From the NCBI GenBank assembly GCA_036339955.1, contig JAYYZX010000025.1:433-64432 (forward strand): a stretch of 64,000 nt of DNA. Direction: 5' to 3'. The notes below the pieces were generated by a model. The model was not told the DNA's origin and did no database searches. It saw only the letters and a program-made list of their open reading frames with translations. Below, piece by piece: positions 37,195 through 46,565 of this stretch (the first letter of the stretch is position 1; every line of letters starts with the position of its first letter). The stretch is from Bacteroidota bacterium (GTDB taxonomy: Bacteria; Bacteroidota; Bacteroidia; Flavobacteriales; BACL11). Made by a program: the position numbers and the translations under genes.

Positions 37195-38803
37195 AACTTC
37201 TCCTTATTTTTTCATGTTCTATTAAAGTTTGAATTTTAGAAGTAAGTTTTGTATTAAATATATAAAAAATATCTCTTATTGGAAATATACAATTTACCAA
37301 AACCTTAATTATAGGAGAATATATAACATTTAATTTGCAATATGCTCTTCTGTATTTGAACTTTCTGATATATTCTTTCTGAATATTTGTATCGTGCGAC
37401 ATACTCCTCGTCCCTCCAGTCACATACTTTAAATTTAAATTATTAAGATAATAGTCTGTCATTAAATAAAACAAAACATCACTTGTTCTAAGTTTTAAAT
37501 AATCTGGATGAAATTTAGTTGTAGAAAAATTACAATATTCTTCTTCAATTTTATTTTGGCTGAATCCAATCATTTTACCTTCTTTCGTAAAAACACCCCA
37601 AATATCCCAACTCGAATCAAATCCAATAATCTCATTTCTAAATTCTAATTCTGATTTTATTAAAGAATGTGTTTTATATCTTTCAAAAGCTTTATAATAT
37701 ACTTCATATCCGCTTTTTATAAGTTTATTCTTAGAAATCATACTGACATTTACGTTTTTCAAGCCTTTTCTTATACTTTTTCTAGTGCTGGCACTATACT
37801 CTTCGATGCCATTAAAATTATCCTTGATAATATACCAAAATTCTGTTTCTTTTTTACAATCAAAATCTGACGTCCACCTTGCGAAATAAACTCCACTATT
37901 TTGAATCATTTTTTTAATGATATCTAACGAGTCTACTATATTTAGATGTGGTGGAATTTTAGGAATTATTGCTCCATTATAAATTCTCCAATTAGGGACA
38001 TGCTCTTTCCTAATGATTTCTTGCCTGATTAAAGTATTTACTTTTATTAAAAATGAATTCTCAAATTTTAAGAATATATTTCTAAAAAAATAAATAAAAG
38101 AAATAAAAAATGCAATTCGTTGTGAATAAATAATGTGTAACTTGCAATAAGCTTTTCGGAAATTAAATTTACTAATCAAATAGCCTTGAATATCTGTATC
38201 ATGAGAAATACTTCTAGCACCATCATTTACATATTTGAATTTTTGTTCATCTAAATAAAACTTATTCATTGAATAAAATAGACAATAACTAGAATAATAT
38301 TTAAGATAATCAGGATGGAACTTGATGATGGAATAATCACAAGAATTATCTTTTACTAAATTTAAACTATACCCAACTAATCTATCTTTAAAAAACACAC
38401 CCCAGAAATCCCAATTATTACTTAAAGAGTTAATATTTTTTATAAACTTTTTTTTATCATCTGGTTTCTGAAAAGTATTGTATCTGTCAAAAGCTTTATA
38501 ATATGTTAAATATCCTTGTGTTATTAACTCCTGTCTTGAGATGTTTCTAACAATACATTTTTTTAACCCTCTCTTAATCTTACTCCTAGTGTTTAAACTT
38601 AGGTTCTCTAATGGTGTAAACTTATCACATATAATATACCAGAAATTAGTCTCTCTTTTGCAATCAAAATTAGATGTCCATCTTGCAAAATATACATTCT
38701 CTTCTTTTATCTTTTGATGTAAAAATTTCTCATCCACATATGATTCAACATGTGGTGGCTGATCAGGTATTAATGCATTGTTGTATTTTCTCCATTCTAT
38801 CAT
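37184..38803 (-). CDS. Fusion of two paralogous ~265-aa FemABX-like/GNAT-fold transferase modules (function unknown)
   Basis: Residues 1-~268 and ~269-539 align with each other (WRKYNNALIP..VYFARWTSNFDCKRETNFWYII..TRSKIKRGLKK..FHPDYLKY versus WRIYNGAIIP..VYFARWTSDFDCKKETEFWYII..TRKSIRKGLKN..FHPDYLKL). The TRSKIKRGLKK...YYKAFDRY...WGVF..GYS...F.PDY... layout resembles the C-terminal half of FemX-type enzymes as I remember them. Confidence 0.45.
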   Translation of the reverse strand: MIEWRKYNNALIPDQPPHVESYVDEKFLHQKIKEENVYFARWTSNFDCKRETNFWYIICDKFTPLENLSLNTRSKIKRGLKKCIVRNISRQELITQGYLTYYKAFDRYNTFQKPDDKKKFIKNINSLSNNWDFWGVFFKDRLVGYSLNLVKDNSCDYSIIKFHPDYLKYYSSYCLFYSMNKFYLDEQKFKYVNDGARSISHDTDIQGYLISKFNFRKAYCKLHIIYSQRIAFFISFIYFFRNIFLKFENSFLIKVNTLIRQEIIRKEHVPNWRIYNGAIIPKIPPHLNIVDSLDIIKKMIQNSGVYFARWTSDFDCKKETEFWYIIKDNFNGIEEYSASTRKSIRKGLKNVNVSMISKNKLIKSGYEVYYKAFERYKTHSLIKSELEFRNEIIGFDSSWDIWGVFTKEGKMIGFSQNKIEEEYCNFSTTKFHPDYLKLRTSDVLFYLMTDYYLNNLNLKYVTGGTRSMSHDTNIQKEYIRKFKYRRAYCKLNVIYSPIIKVLVNCIFPIRDIFYIFNTKLTSKIQTLIEHEKIRRSYGK

Positions 38804-38804
38804 A

Positions 38805-39626
38805 CTACTCTATTCTAAATAATCTTCGCCTTAAAGTAAAAACAATTAAATAAACTACTCTTAAAATAAATGAGACTCTAAATGCTTCTATTTTCTTGAT
38901 GTCTTTTGCTTGTCTTTTAGAAAAATAATTAACCCAATCTCCTACCATGCCTTTCCTAATCAAATCTTCTCTATCCTTAGACACTGTTGAATAATATTTT
39001 AATTTACCTGCTACTAAATCACTTCTCATTTTTCCAATTGATGTGTTATTCTTTATAATAAGAATCTCTTCTTTGGAAAGTCTTTTTAAATTTAAAATAG
39101 TCGCTACCTTTAATACTATTGATTCAAAATCATTCTTCATTTCTGAATATTTAAAAAAATTATCTTCTCCAAAAGCTTTCTTATACCTTCTATTAAAATT
39201 CACTATCTCAAACGCTTTTAATCGTCCAATAAAAAAGTAATACATTCGGAATCCTAAGATAGATACATATTTCTTTTTTAGATGGTGGTAATGTGAAACA
39301 ATAGCATCTCTTACATCCCTCTCTACAAATAGGAAGTGTACATTCAAATCATAACTTTTTGCAATGGTTTTTTTAAGATAATAATGTGACTTAGTAATAT
39401 AATGTCTATTAATATAGTCTTCCTCCTCTAAGAATTTAGCCAATTTGCTTTCTATAATTGTTGTTGGAGAATTCACATTATTAGTATAGATTATTGGCAC
39501 TTCAGAAAGTTTAATCTTATTGATTCTTAAAATTTCAAGAATAATCGCATGAAGCCAACTTGAACCGGACTTAAATATACCATTACAAACGATCAACATA
39601 TTATATAATATATTAAAATATAACAA
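38805..39626 (-). CDS. PAPS-dependent sulfotransferase (Sulfotransfer_1-like) with a hydrophobic C-terminal tail
   Basis: All three classical motifs are present: FKSGSSW (5'-PSB, consensus PKxGTTW), VERDVRDAIVSHYHH (3'-PB, RxxRDxxVSxY) and IRKGMVGDWVNYFS (RKGxxGDWKNxFT). The start may be Met10 (39599). Confidence 0.8.
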   Translation of the reverse strand: MLYFNILYNMLIVCNGIFKSGSSWLHAIILEILRINKIKLSEVPIIYTNNVNSPTTIIESKLAKFLEEEDYINRHYITKSHYYLKKTIAKSYDLNVHFLFVERDVRDAIVSHYHHLKKKYVSILGFRMYYFFIGRLKAFEIVNFNRRYKKAFGEDNFFKYSEMKNDFESIVLKVATILNLKRLSKEEILIIKNNTSIGKMRSDLVAGKLKYYSTVSKDREDLIRKGMVGDWVNYFSKRQAKDIKKIEAFRVSFILRVVYLIVFTLRRRLFRIE

Positions 39627-39667
39627 AGAAAATAAGAATTATTGAACATATTACTATAATGCAGATA

Positions 39668-40879
39668 TTAATTAGTCCGTTTTGTAATTAAAGGTTGATG
39701 TATAAGAATGCATGAAATAATTACAAAAAGTAATCTAGAATCATTTAACATACCACTAACTAAGGAATTTAATATAAAAAATATAAATAAATAAAATAAT
39801 AAAGGATATAAGGAAGAGTTTTCTGCTCTATATTTTAACATCTTATTATAACTTAGATAAAATACATGAGTCAATAATAACAATATCAATATGAGTGTCT
39901 GTATCCCATATTCACAAGCAACCTCTAATAATAAATTATGAGGGTATTCTAATGACATTAAATGAGTGGGGCGGAGTTTATTAGATACTATTTGCCAATT
40001 CCCAGGACCTACTCCTAAAGGATAGTTTTGCAAGAGAATAAAAGAACCAATTGCAAAATCTGTTCTTGTAATAAGCGATTGACTACTCCCTCCCTTTTTC
40101 GAAATATTCATAAAAACCCTGTCAAATTTACCAACATTTGATAAATCTTTTCCTAATCCTGTAAATAATAAAATTGGTATTATAAAACAAAGCACTAAAC
40201 TTATTCTAAAAAATACTTTGTTAAAATTGAATAGTATATATACTAAACCTGTAAGGAAAAGAGCCAAGATTGGACCTCTACTTCCACTTGATAACGCCAA
40301 AACAAAGAGAATGACGATGAGAATATATTTATATATAATATTAATTCTAGAAGGTAAGAAAAACAAAGAAATAATTCCAAATCCCATCCAACGAGAAAAT
40401 ACTATTGGCCCTCCACCTAGAATAGCTGTTCGTCCATCAATTCTTTCAGAAAGAGATAAGCCTAACAAAGAGAGAAGTGCTAAAAAAAAACTTATACCTA
40501 ATAAAATATAAATTATATTTACTACATCTTTCCTGTCATATTTCTCAATTATTACTATTGATATTGGGACTATAATAAGAAGAAAATTAAAAAATTTATC
40601 GAAACCAAATTTAGTAACATCGAACACAAGCCATAAAATAGGAGTAGTTATTAATATTGATAAATAAAATATATAGAACAGCACTTTAGATTTTGAAAAC
40701 ACTACTTTTTTAATAGAAAGTAATATCATTATAAATAAAACTGCAAAAACAATACTGATAAGCACTGGTAGATTGATATTCATAATAACAAGCCTTTCGT
40801 CATACACTCTCCCTATTGATAATAAAGCACAAGAAGCAAGCATAAACACCCAATATAAGACACTTCTCTTACTTTTCAT
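39668..40879 (-). CDS. O-antigen ligase/polymerase-family (Wzy_C-like) membrane protein
   Basis: Polytopic. LSSGSRGPILALFLTGLVYILF, and a large loop followed by ...YPHNLLLEVACEYG, typical of Wzy_C-domain proteins. Confidence 0.65.
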   Translation of the reverse strand: MKSKRSVLYWVFMLASCALLSIGRVYDERLVIMNINLPVLISIVFAVLFIMILLSIKKVVFSKSKVLFYIFYLSILITTPILWLVFDVTKFGFDKFFNFLLIIVPISIVIIEKYDRKDVVNIIYILLGISFFLALLSLLGLSLSERIDGRTAILGGGPIVFSRWMGFGIISLFFLPSRINIIYKYILIVILFVLALSSGSRGPILALFLTGLVYILFNFNKVFFRISLVLCFIIPILLFTGLGKDLSNVGKFDRVFMNISKKGGSSQSLITRTDFAIGSFILLQNYPLGVGPGNWQIVSNKLRPTHLMSLEYPHNLLLEVACEYGIQTLILILLLLTHVFYLSYNKMLKYRAENSSLYPLLFYLFIFFILNSLVSGMLNDSRLLFVIISCILIHQPLITKRTN

Positions 40880-42140
40880 TATTAAGATATTTAATATACG
40901 AATAACATGCTAAAACAAGAGCAGTAAATGAAGAAGAATACATAACAACTAATGCTTTTGTTTTTGGTGAGAAACTGATAAAAAATACTATGCAGACAAA
41001 AAATAAAAGTGCTAAAATAAATGTAATTGCTAATTTAAATCTAATCTCTTTAGTCTCTACAATAGGCAAACTTAAAAAAGGCTGAAATAATATTGTCGCT
41101 ATAAAAAGCAATAAAAAACTAAAACTCAACTGAGATAAATATACTGATGTTTGTTGTACATCAGAAAGATTAAATGCCCCTCTTAAATATACAAATTTAA
41201 TGATATCATAACTAAAAAAATGTAAGCCAATCATCATTGCTACTCCTACAAAAAAAGAAACTAATAAAGAATAAATTATTAATCTTGTATTCTTCTTAAT
41301 TGATATATTTCTAAGTAATATTGTACTTACATTACCAATAACTGCAGTTAATAATGCATTAAGAATTACAACAGCATACATAAAAAAAGTAATACTATTA
41401 GAACCATCAGAACCAGAAACAAATCTAGAAGAAATAAGAATAATATTTGCAAAATTACCTAATACAAGAGTTGGGAAATTAAAATCAGAATGCTCTAATT
41501 TAATTTTAGTTCCTATATTCTCATTTTGCATAGGTCTTACAAAAGCGAAGCTCATACTAAATATTCCTATCAGTCTACTTGTTGCCAAACCAATAATAGA
41601 AATAATACTTATTAATGGGTAAATAACCAAAGTGAATACTAAGGAATTAGTTAAAGAAGCATAAGAATATTTTAAGAACAGTCCTCTTGCTTGAATAATT
41701 GTAAGAAATATGGTGTTAATAAAATTAAAACAAATACTAAGACTCAGTATTAGAGATAGAGCAAAAAAAAGTAGATTGTCTTGAATATTAAGATAAAAAA
41801 TAACTGCTAACTGAATAATCTGACTTATAAAAAATAAATAAATTGAATTTCTTTTAGAGAACACAAATATTTGGTCTAATGACACCTTCTTGTGTTTTTG
41901 ATATAGTTTTGTAAATTTCGGAAGTAAATTTGCCCTTAGTGCGTTACCTGCTGTTATTTGAGAAAAGAAATCTGCTACAACTCTCAATAATAAGAAGTTT
42001 GCATACAAAATTGAAGACCCAAGAAAGAAAGCAATAATTAGTTCTCTTATTAAACCAAGTACTTTTTGGAAAGTATTTGAGAAAAACATATAAAGAAAAT
42101 CTGTAACAGATTGAGAAAAGAATATGCTTCTTACAGACAT
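40869..42140 (-). CDS. MurJ/MviN-like MOP-superfamily flippase
   Basis: The N-terminus FSNTFQKVLGLIRELIIAFFLGSS...ANFLLLRVVADFFSQITAGNALRANLLPKF parallels the MurJ N-terminal signature (SRVLGxxRDxxxAxxFGA...DAF). About 12 TM segments. Shorter (423 aa) than housekeeping MurJ. Confidence 0.6.
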   Translation of the reverse strand: MSVRSIFFSQSVTDFLYMFFSNTFQKVLGLIRELIIAFFLGSSILYANFLLLRVVADFFSQITAGNALRANLLPKFTKLYQKHKKVSLDQIFVFSKRNSIYLFFISQIIQLAVIFYLNIQDNLLFFALSLILSLSICFNFINTIFLTIIQARGLFLKYSYASLTNSLVFTLVIYPLISIISIIGLATSRLIGIFSMSFAFVRPMQNENIGTKIKLEHSDFNFPTLVLGNFANIILISSRFVSGSDGSNSITFFMYAVVILNALLTAVIGNVSTILLRNISIKKNTRLIIYSLLVSFFVGVAMMIGLHFFSYDIIKFVYLRGAFNLSDVQQTSVYLSQLSFSFLLLFIATILFQPFLSLPIVETKEIRFKLAITFILALLFFVCIVFFISFSPKTKALVVMYSSSFTALVLACYSYIKYLNNEK

Positions 42141-42143
42141 ATA

Positions 42144-43466
42144 CTATGCTTTTACCCCAATCTGCATATAATAGAATCCTTTACTTACAATAAAATCATG
42201 CTTAAATTGGTTTCTTCCATCTATAAAAAGATTTCCTTTCATTTTTAATTTCATTAATTCAAAGTCTGGACTTCTAAATTCTTTCCATTCTGTTACTAAG
42301 ATTAAAGCATCAGCCTCATCAAGAGCAAGATATTTATCATTATGATAATTAACTGAAAAACCTTCTAGATAAAATTTTGCCTCTTGAATTGCTTTTGGAT
42401 CATAAGCATGCACCTCCCCTCCTGCATTGATAATTGATTTAATAAGATTAATTGAAGGAGCTTCTCTCATATCATCAGTTTCAGGTTTAAAAGAAAGTCC
42501 CCACACTGCAACTTTTTTGCCAGTCAAATCAACTCCTAACTGACTAGTTAATTTTAGAAACAAAATATCTTTCTGTAATTTATTTACTTTCTCTACAGAG
42601 CTTATTAGCTTAGGATTATATCCGTTACTATTTGCGATATTTATCAATGCTTGTACATCTTTTGGGAAACAACTTCCTCCATATCCGCACCCAGGATAAA
42701 TAAACTGATATCCTATCCGACTATCAGAGCCAATACCAATACGAACTTGATTAATATCTGCTCCTACATGTTCACAAATATTTGCAATCTCATTAATAAA
42801 TGAAATTTTAGTAGCTAACATAGCATTCGCTGCATATTTTGTCATTTCTGCAGAACGAATATCCATACCTATAAAACGGTCATGAGTACGAGTAAATGGA
42901 GCATATAAAACCTTCATAAACTCTATTGTTTTTATATTATTTGAACCTACGACTACTCTGTCTGGATGCATAAAATCTTGTATAGCAACACCTTCTTTCA
43001 AAAACTCTGGATTAGAAGCAACATCAAACTCAATATTATTCTTTCGTTTATTAAGTTCATTCTGTATAGTTTCTCTCACTTTATCAGCAGTTCCTACAGG
43101 AACAGTTGATTTGTTCACAATAATTAAAGATCTGGTTATATTTTCTCCAATCTCTCGTGCAACTTGCAAAACATAACTTAAATCTGCACTGCCATCTTCT
43201 CCCATTGGTGTTCCAACTGCAATAAACACAATATCGGAATCATTAAGTATTTCATTAATATCAGTTGTAAAAGAAAGTGTTCCTTTTTGAATATTGTCTT
43301 TTACTAAGATATCTAGACCTGGCTCATAGATAGGAACAAGACCTTCTTTTAAATTGTCAATCTTTTGATAATCTATATCTATACATACAACTTTATTGCC
43401 CATTTCTGCAAAACAAGCTGCTGCAACTAAACCAACATATCCAGAACCAAAAACGCCTATATTCAT
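42144..43466 (-). CDS. ugd: UDP-glucose 6-dehydrogenase
   Basis: MNIGVFGSGYVGLVAAACFAEMGNKVVCIDID, GGSCFPKD catalytic Cys region, 440 aa. Confidence 0.9.
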   Translation of the reverse strand: MNIGVFGSGYVGLVAAACFAEMGNKVVCIDIDYQKIDNLKEGLVPIYEPGLDILVKDNIQKGTLSFTTDINEILNDSDIVFIAVGTPMGEDGSADLSYVLQVAREIGENITRSLIIVNKSTVPVGTADKVRETIQNELNKRKNNIEFDVASNPEFLKEGVAIQDFMHPDRVVVGSNNIKTIEFMKVLYAPFTRTHDRFIGMDIRSAEMTKYAANAMLATKISFINEIANICEHVGADINQVRIGIGSDSRIGYQFIYPGCGYGGSCFPKDVQALINIANSNGYNPKLISSVEKVNKLQKDILFLKLTSQLGVDLTGKKVAVWGLSFKPETDDMREAPSINLIKSIINAGGEVHAYDPKAIQEAKFYLEGFSVNYHNDKYLALDEADALILVTEWKEFRSPDFELMKLKMKGNLFIDGRNQFKHDFIVSKGFYYMQIGVKA

Positions 43467-43469
43467 AAT

Positions 43470-44309
43470 TTATTTATCTACCTCTTGAATAAATGAAAAT
43501 ATTATTCCAATAACAAAACTAATTATTCCTAATATTAAACTCAAAATCGAAATATCAGATTCTGTTTTATTAACTTTTGCAAATTTTTGTACATAAACCA
43601 AAGGATATCCTAATTTAGCTTGCACTCTCAGTTCTTCCTTTAATTCCGATAAAGCAATAATCTGATTACCAATTTGTGAAGCTATATTATTAGATACTCC
43701 AATATTAATAGAACTAATATCAACACCGTTCTTCGCTCCAATACTACGAACAGTAATTAACCTCTCTATTTCTTTATTAATTTCTTCTATCATAATCTGA
43801 TTTGATTCTTTGAATAATTCATAATGCCTTTTAACATATTCATTATTAATAAAATAATTCTGTAATCCTTTCTGTATATCAAGAATGCTGGAATTATCAT
43901 ATACCTCTAACTCAATTTCAAATTTATTTGTGGTTAAATATTCTTCTTTCATGTTTTTTTGATACAATAACTCACAATGAATATACTTGACATTATTAGC
44001 TATATCTATATTAACATCTAAAGCCTCTGCAAGCTGTAAATACTCTTTATTTTCAATATTGATTTGTAAATGATTAATTAAATCAACTGCTGTTCTTTGT
44101 TTTAATTCTCTATATGAGGGTGTACGTTCATATTCGCTAATATATGAAGTGCAAATTGCCTTAGTAGTGTAATATTGTTTTTTGAATGTTTGAAATATCA
44201 CAGCAGATAATACCCCAAAAAGTGTAAAAATGATTAATATCCTCTTGTTTCTTCTTAAGAAACGTATTAAATCTGAAAATAATGCATTTGTATTTAGCTC
44301 TTCTGTCAT
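43470..44309 (-). CDS. Wzz-like chain-length-determinant / polysaccharide co-polymerase candidate
   Basis: One TM helix near each end (ILIIFTLFGVLSAVIF; ILSLILGIISFVIGIIFSF) flanks a helical, charged middle. The call rests on topology and context only. Confidence 0.45.
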   Translation of the reverse strand: MTEELNTNALFSDLIRFLRRNKRILIIFTLFGVLSAVIFQTFKKQYYTTKAICTSYISEYERTPSYRELKQRTAVDLINHLQINIENKEYLQLAEALDVNIDIANNVKYIHCELLYQKNMKEEYLTTNKFEIELEVYDNSSILDIQKGLQNYFINNEYVKRHYELFKESNQIMIEEINKEIERLITVRSIGAKNGVDISSINIGVSNNIASQIGNQIIALSELKEELRVQAKLGYPLVYVQKFAKVNKTESDISILSLILGIISFVIGIIFSFIQEVDK

Positions 44310-44340
44310 AGTATTTTATTTTTATTATAAATATATCATA

Positions 44341-45591
44341 TTAAAATTTCCAAGTTGCATTTTTGACTATACCTTTTATATCTAAAAGTATCAATTTCCC
44401 ATTTGATATTTTCTCATAATCTCGCTTCTTGTATTTAAAAAAATCTTGATGCGAAACCGCAACAATAATCGCATCATATTTTTTATCTTGATTAAACGGA
44501 TTTTTGATAAAATTAGTATGATTTTTTCTAATTAATGGGTCATAAACATATATTTTACAACAGTATTCTTCCAAACCCTCAATAATTACTTTGATTTTAG
44601 TATTTCTAGTATCAGAACAGTCTTCTTTAAATGTATATCCTAAAATTAGGATAGTTGCATTCTTTATTGGTTTATTATATTTAACAAGAAATTTAATTGT
44701 TTTATCTACAATGAAGAATGGGATACTATTATTAATTTGTCTTGAATTCAATATTAAAGTTGGCTTGAAACCAATCTTCTCTGATTTATAAGTGAGGTAA
44801 TATGGATCAACACCTATGCAGTGCCCTCCAACTAAACCAGGTTTATACTCTATAAAATTCCATTTAGTTTCTGCTGCCTCAAAAACTTCTGACGAATTAA
44901 TATTCATCACATCAAACATCATTGCTAGCTCATTTATAAGAGCAATATTTACATCACGCTGAGTATTTTCTACTAGCTTAGAAGCTTCTGCTATTTTTAT
45001 AGATGATGTTCTATATGTCCCTTCTTGAATTACTGATTTATATAATTTATCTATTAGTGTAGTTGTTTTAGAATTAGATCCACTTACTAATTTTACTATA
45101 TCTTCAATCTTTTTTTGATTCTGACCAGGGCTTATCCTTTCGGGACTATATCCACAAAAAAAATCTTTATTGTAAACTAATTTTGATATCTCTTCAAGAA
45201 TAGGAACGCATTCTTCCTCAGTGACTCCAGGATAAACAGTTGATTCATAAATAACAATATCATTTCTGCATAAACAAGAGGCGATCATCTTAGTTGTTTC
45301 AAAAAGAATTGAAAGATCTGGCTTTTTATTATTCCCAAGAGGAGTAGGAACGGTAATAATAAAAATATTACACGATTTTACTCTCTTTAAATTTGATGTA
45401 TATATAATAGATTGAGAGATTATATCACTAGATAAAACCTCATTATTAATATCTTTCCCCTGCTTTAATTGATCAACTCTCTCGTTATTAATATCAAAAC
45501 CAATAATCTTATATTTACGTGAAAAGATAACAGCTAAAGGTAAACCGACATAACCTAATCCAATAATAGCTATTTTATGTTTATTTATCAA
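44341..45591 (-). CDS. UDP-N-acetyl-hexosamine dehydrogenase (WbpO/TviB/Cap5O-family nucleotide-sugar dehydrogenase)
   Basis: KIAIIGLGYVGLPLAVIFSRKYKIIGFDIN, GLVGGHCIGVDPYYL catalytic Cys region. First gene of the glycan array. Confidence 0.8.
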   Translation of the reverse strand: MINKHKIAIIGLGYVGLPLAVIFSRKYKIIGFDINNERVDQLKQGKDINNEVLSSDIISQSIIYTSNLKRVKSCNIFIITVPTPLGNNKKPDLSILFETTKMIASCLCRNDIVIYESTVYPGVTEEECVPILEEISKLVYNKDFFCGYSPERISPGQNQKKIEDIVKLVSGSNSKTTTLIDKLYKSVIQEGTYRTSSIKIAEASKLVENTQRDVNIALINELAMMFDVMNINSSEVFEAAETKWNFIEYKPGLVGGHCIGVDPYYLTYKSEKIGFKPTLILNSRQINNSIPFFIVDKTIKFLVKYNKPIKNATILILGYTFKEDCSDTRNTKIKVIIEGLEEYCCKIYVYDPLIRKNHTNFIKNPFNQDKKYDAIIVAVSHQDFFKYKKRDYEKISNGKLILLDIKGIVKNATWKF

Positions 45592-45603
45592 AACTTAATT
45601 ATA

Positions 45604-45630
45604 ATAAAAAAAGCCCCGAGAAAAGGGGCT
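45604..45630 (-). terminator. Rho-independent terminator downstream of gldN
   Basis: On the minus strand: AGCCCC-ttttctc-GGGGCT followed by a T run (plus-strand stems 45612-45617 and 45625-45630, A run 45604-45611). Confidence 0.7.
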
Positions 45631-45658
45631 AAAAGATATATCTTTTTTAAAAATTAAA

Positions 45659-46558
45659 TTAATACTCCCAGAGATCATGCTCAATATTGAATATTTCTGC
45701 TTTAACTCTTTCTGATTCTAAAAGTGCATCCAAGCCAATCATATATTCACTAATTTTACGATCCATTACATTCGCCTCTTTAACAATAGTACTATTAAAC
45801 ATTCTTTTCCAAAAAATATCATCATAAGTTCTTCTTTCTGCATCATTCTTCATTAAATTGAATGCTTCGGCATTTACAAGAATTGATCTTGCCTCAGGGA
45901 ATCTCACCCAAAACAAAGGATTATATGAGCCATCTAATCTTCCAGTAACTTCATCTTTTCCTTCTTGTAATGGGCATAACCCAATTATTCTTACACCCAT
46001 AACAGAAGCTTGTTTGTCAAAGTACCATATCTCTTTTACTCTCCATTTTTTTACACTATTTCTGTTAAATGCCACTTTATTAAGCTTAGTTGTTTTCGCC
46101 TCGTCTGGGTCCGCACCTTCAGCTACAGCATCCCAATCTATCACTTCGATAATTTCTTCTTTAGCTCCACCAATTTTTTTGATTTCATCCTGAGTCATTT
46201 CTTCTCTAAACTCATCATCCATAGCTGCATTCCCATAGGCGGTCAATTCTCCAGCAGTAATTGCAGTATAAATTACATCTATTAAACTTTGTCTGTCATT
46301 TATTGTATGACCAACACCATCATTCTCTGGATAATAAAATGGATGATTTATTTTTTCGCTTAAATCAATCTCTCTCCAGATAGTTCGTGACCACATGACA
46401 TCTGCTTCACGTAAACTAGGATAAGTTTGTACTTTCTTGTTAGGGAAATGTTCTTTTGGATAAATATTATTCATTTCTTTAGTACTCAATACACTTTGAG
46501 ATTGTACATGCACACTAAAAAATAATGTTGCTGTAAACAATATGATTATTTTTTTCAT
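45659..46558 (-). CDS. gldN: Gliding motility/T9SS protein GldN (PorN)
   Basis: Signal peptide, ~300 aa, last gene of the K-L-M-N order. Sequence resembles flavobacterial GldN (..READVMWSRTIWREIDL..KEIWYFDKQ..). Confidence 0.85.
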   Translation of the reverse strand: MKKIIILFTATLFFSVHVQSQSVLSTKEMNNIYPKEHFPNKKVQTYPSLREADVMWSRTIWREIDLSEKINHPFYYPENDGVGHTINDRQSLIDVIYTAITAGELTAYGNAAMDDEFREEMTQDEIKKIGGAKEEIIEVIDWDAVAEGADPDEAKTTKLNKVAFNRNSVKKWRVKEIWYFDKQASVMGVRIIGLCPLQEGKDEVTGRLDGSYNPLFWVRFPEARSILVNAEAFNLMKNDAERRTYDDIFWKRMFNSTIVKEANVMDRKISEYMIGLDALLESERVKAEIFNIEHDLWEY

Positions 46559-46565
46559 AATTTAA

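Noticed and set aside
17590-45658. Mobile-element boundaries (integrase, transposase, tRNA target, direct repeats) around the glycan locus
   Set aside because: No such ORFs or RNA genes are visible. The only boundary element is the gldN terminator at 45604-45630. Horizontal origin remains only a compositional impression.
40218-46285. Plus-strand ORFs 40218..40511, 44591..44791, 45858..46193 and 46010..46285
   Set aside because: Each is antisense to a well-supported minus-strand gene (Wzy_C-like, UDP-HexNAc dehydrogenase, gldN) and has low-complexity or hydrophobic composition typical of AT-rich antisense frames.
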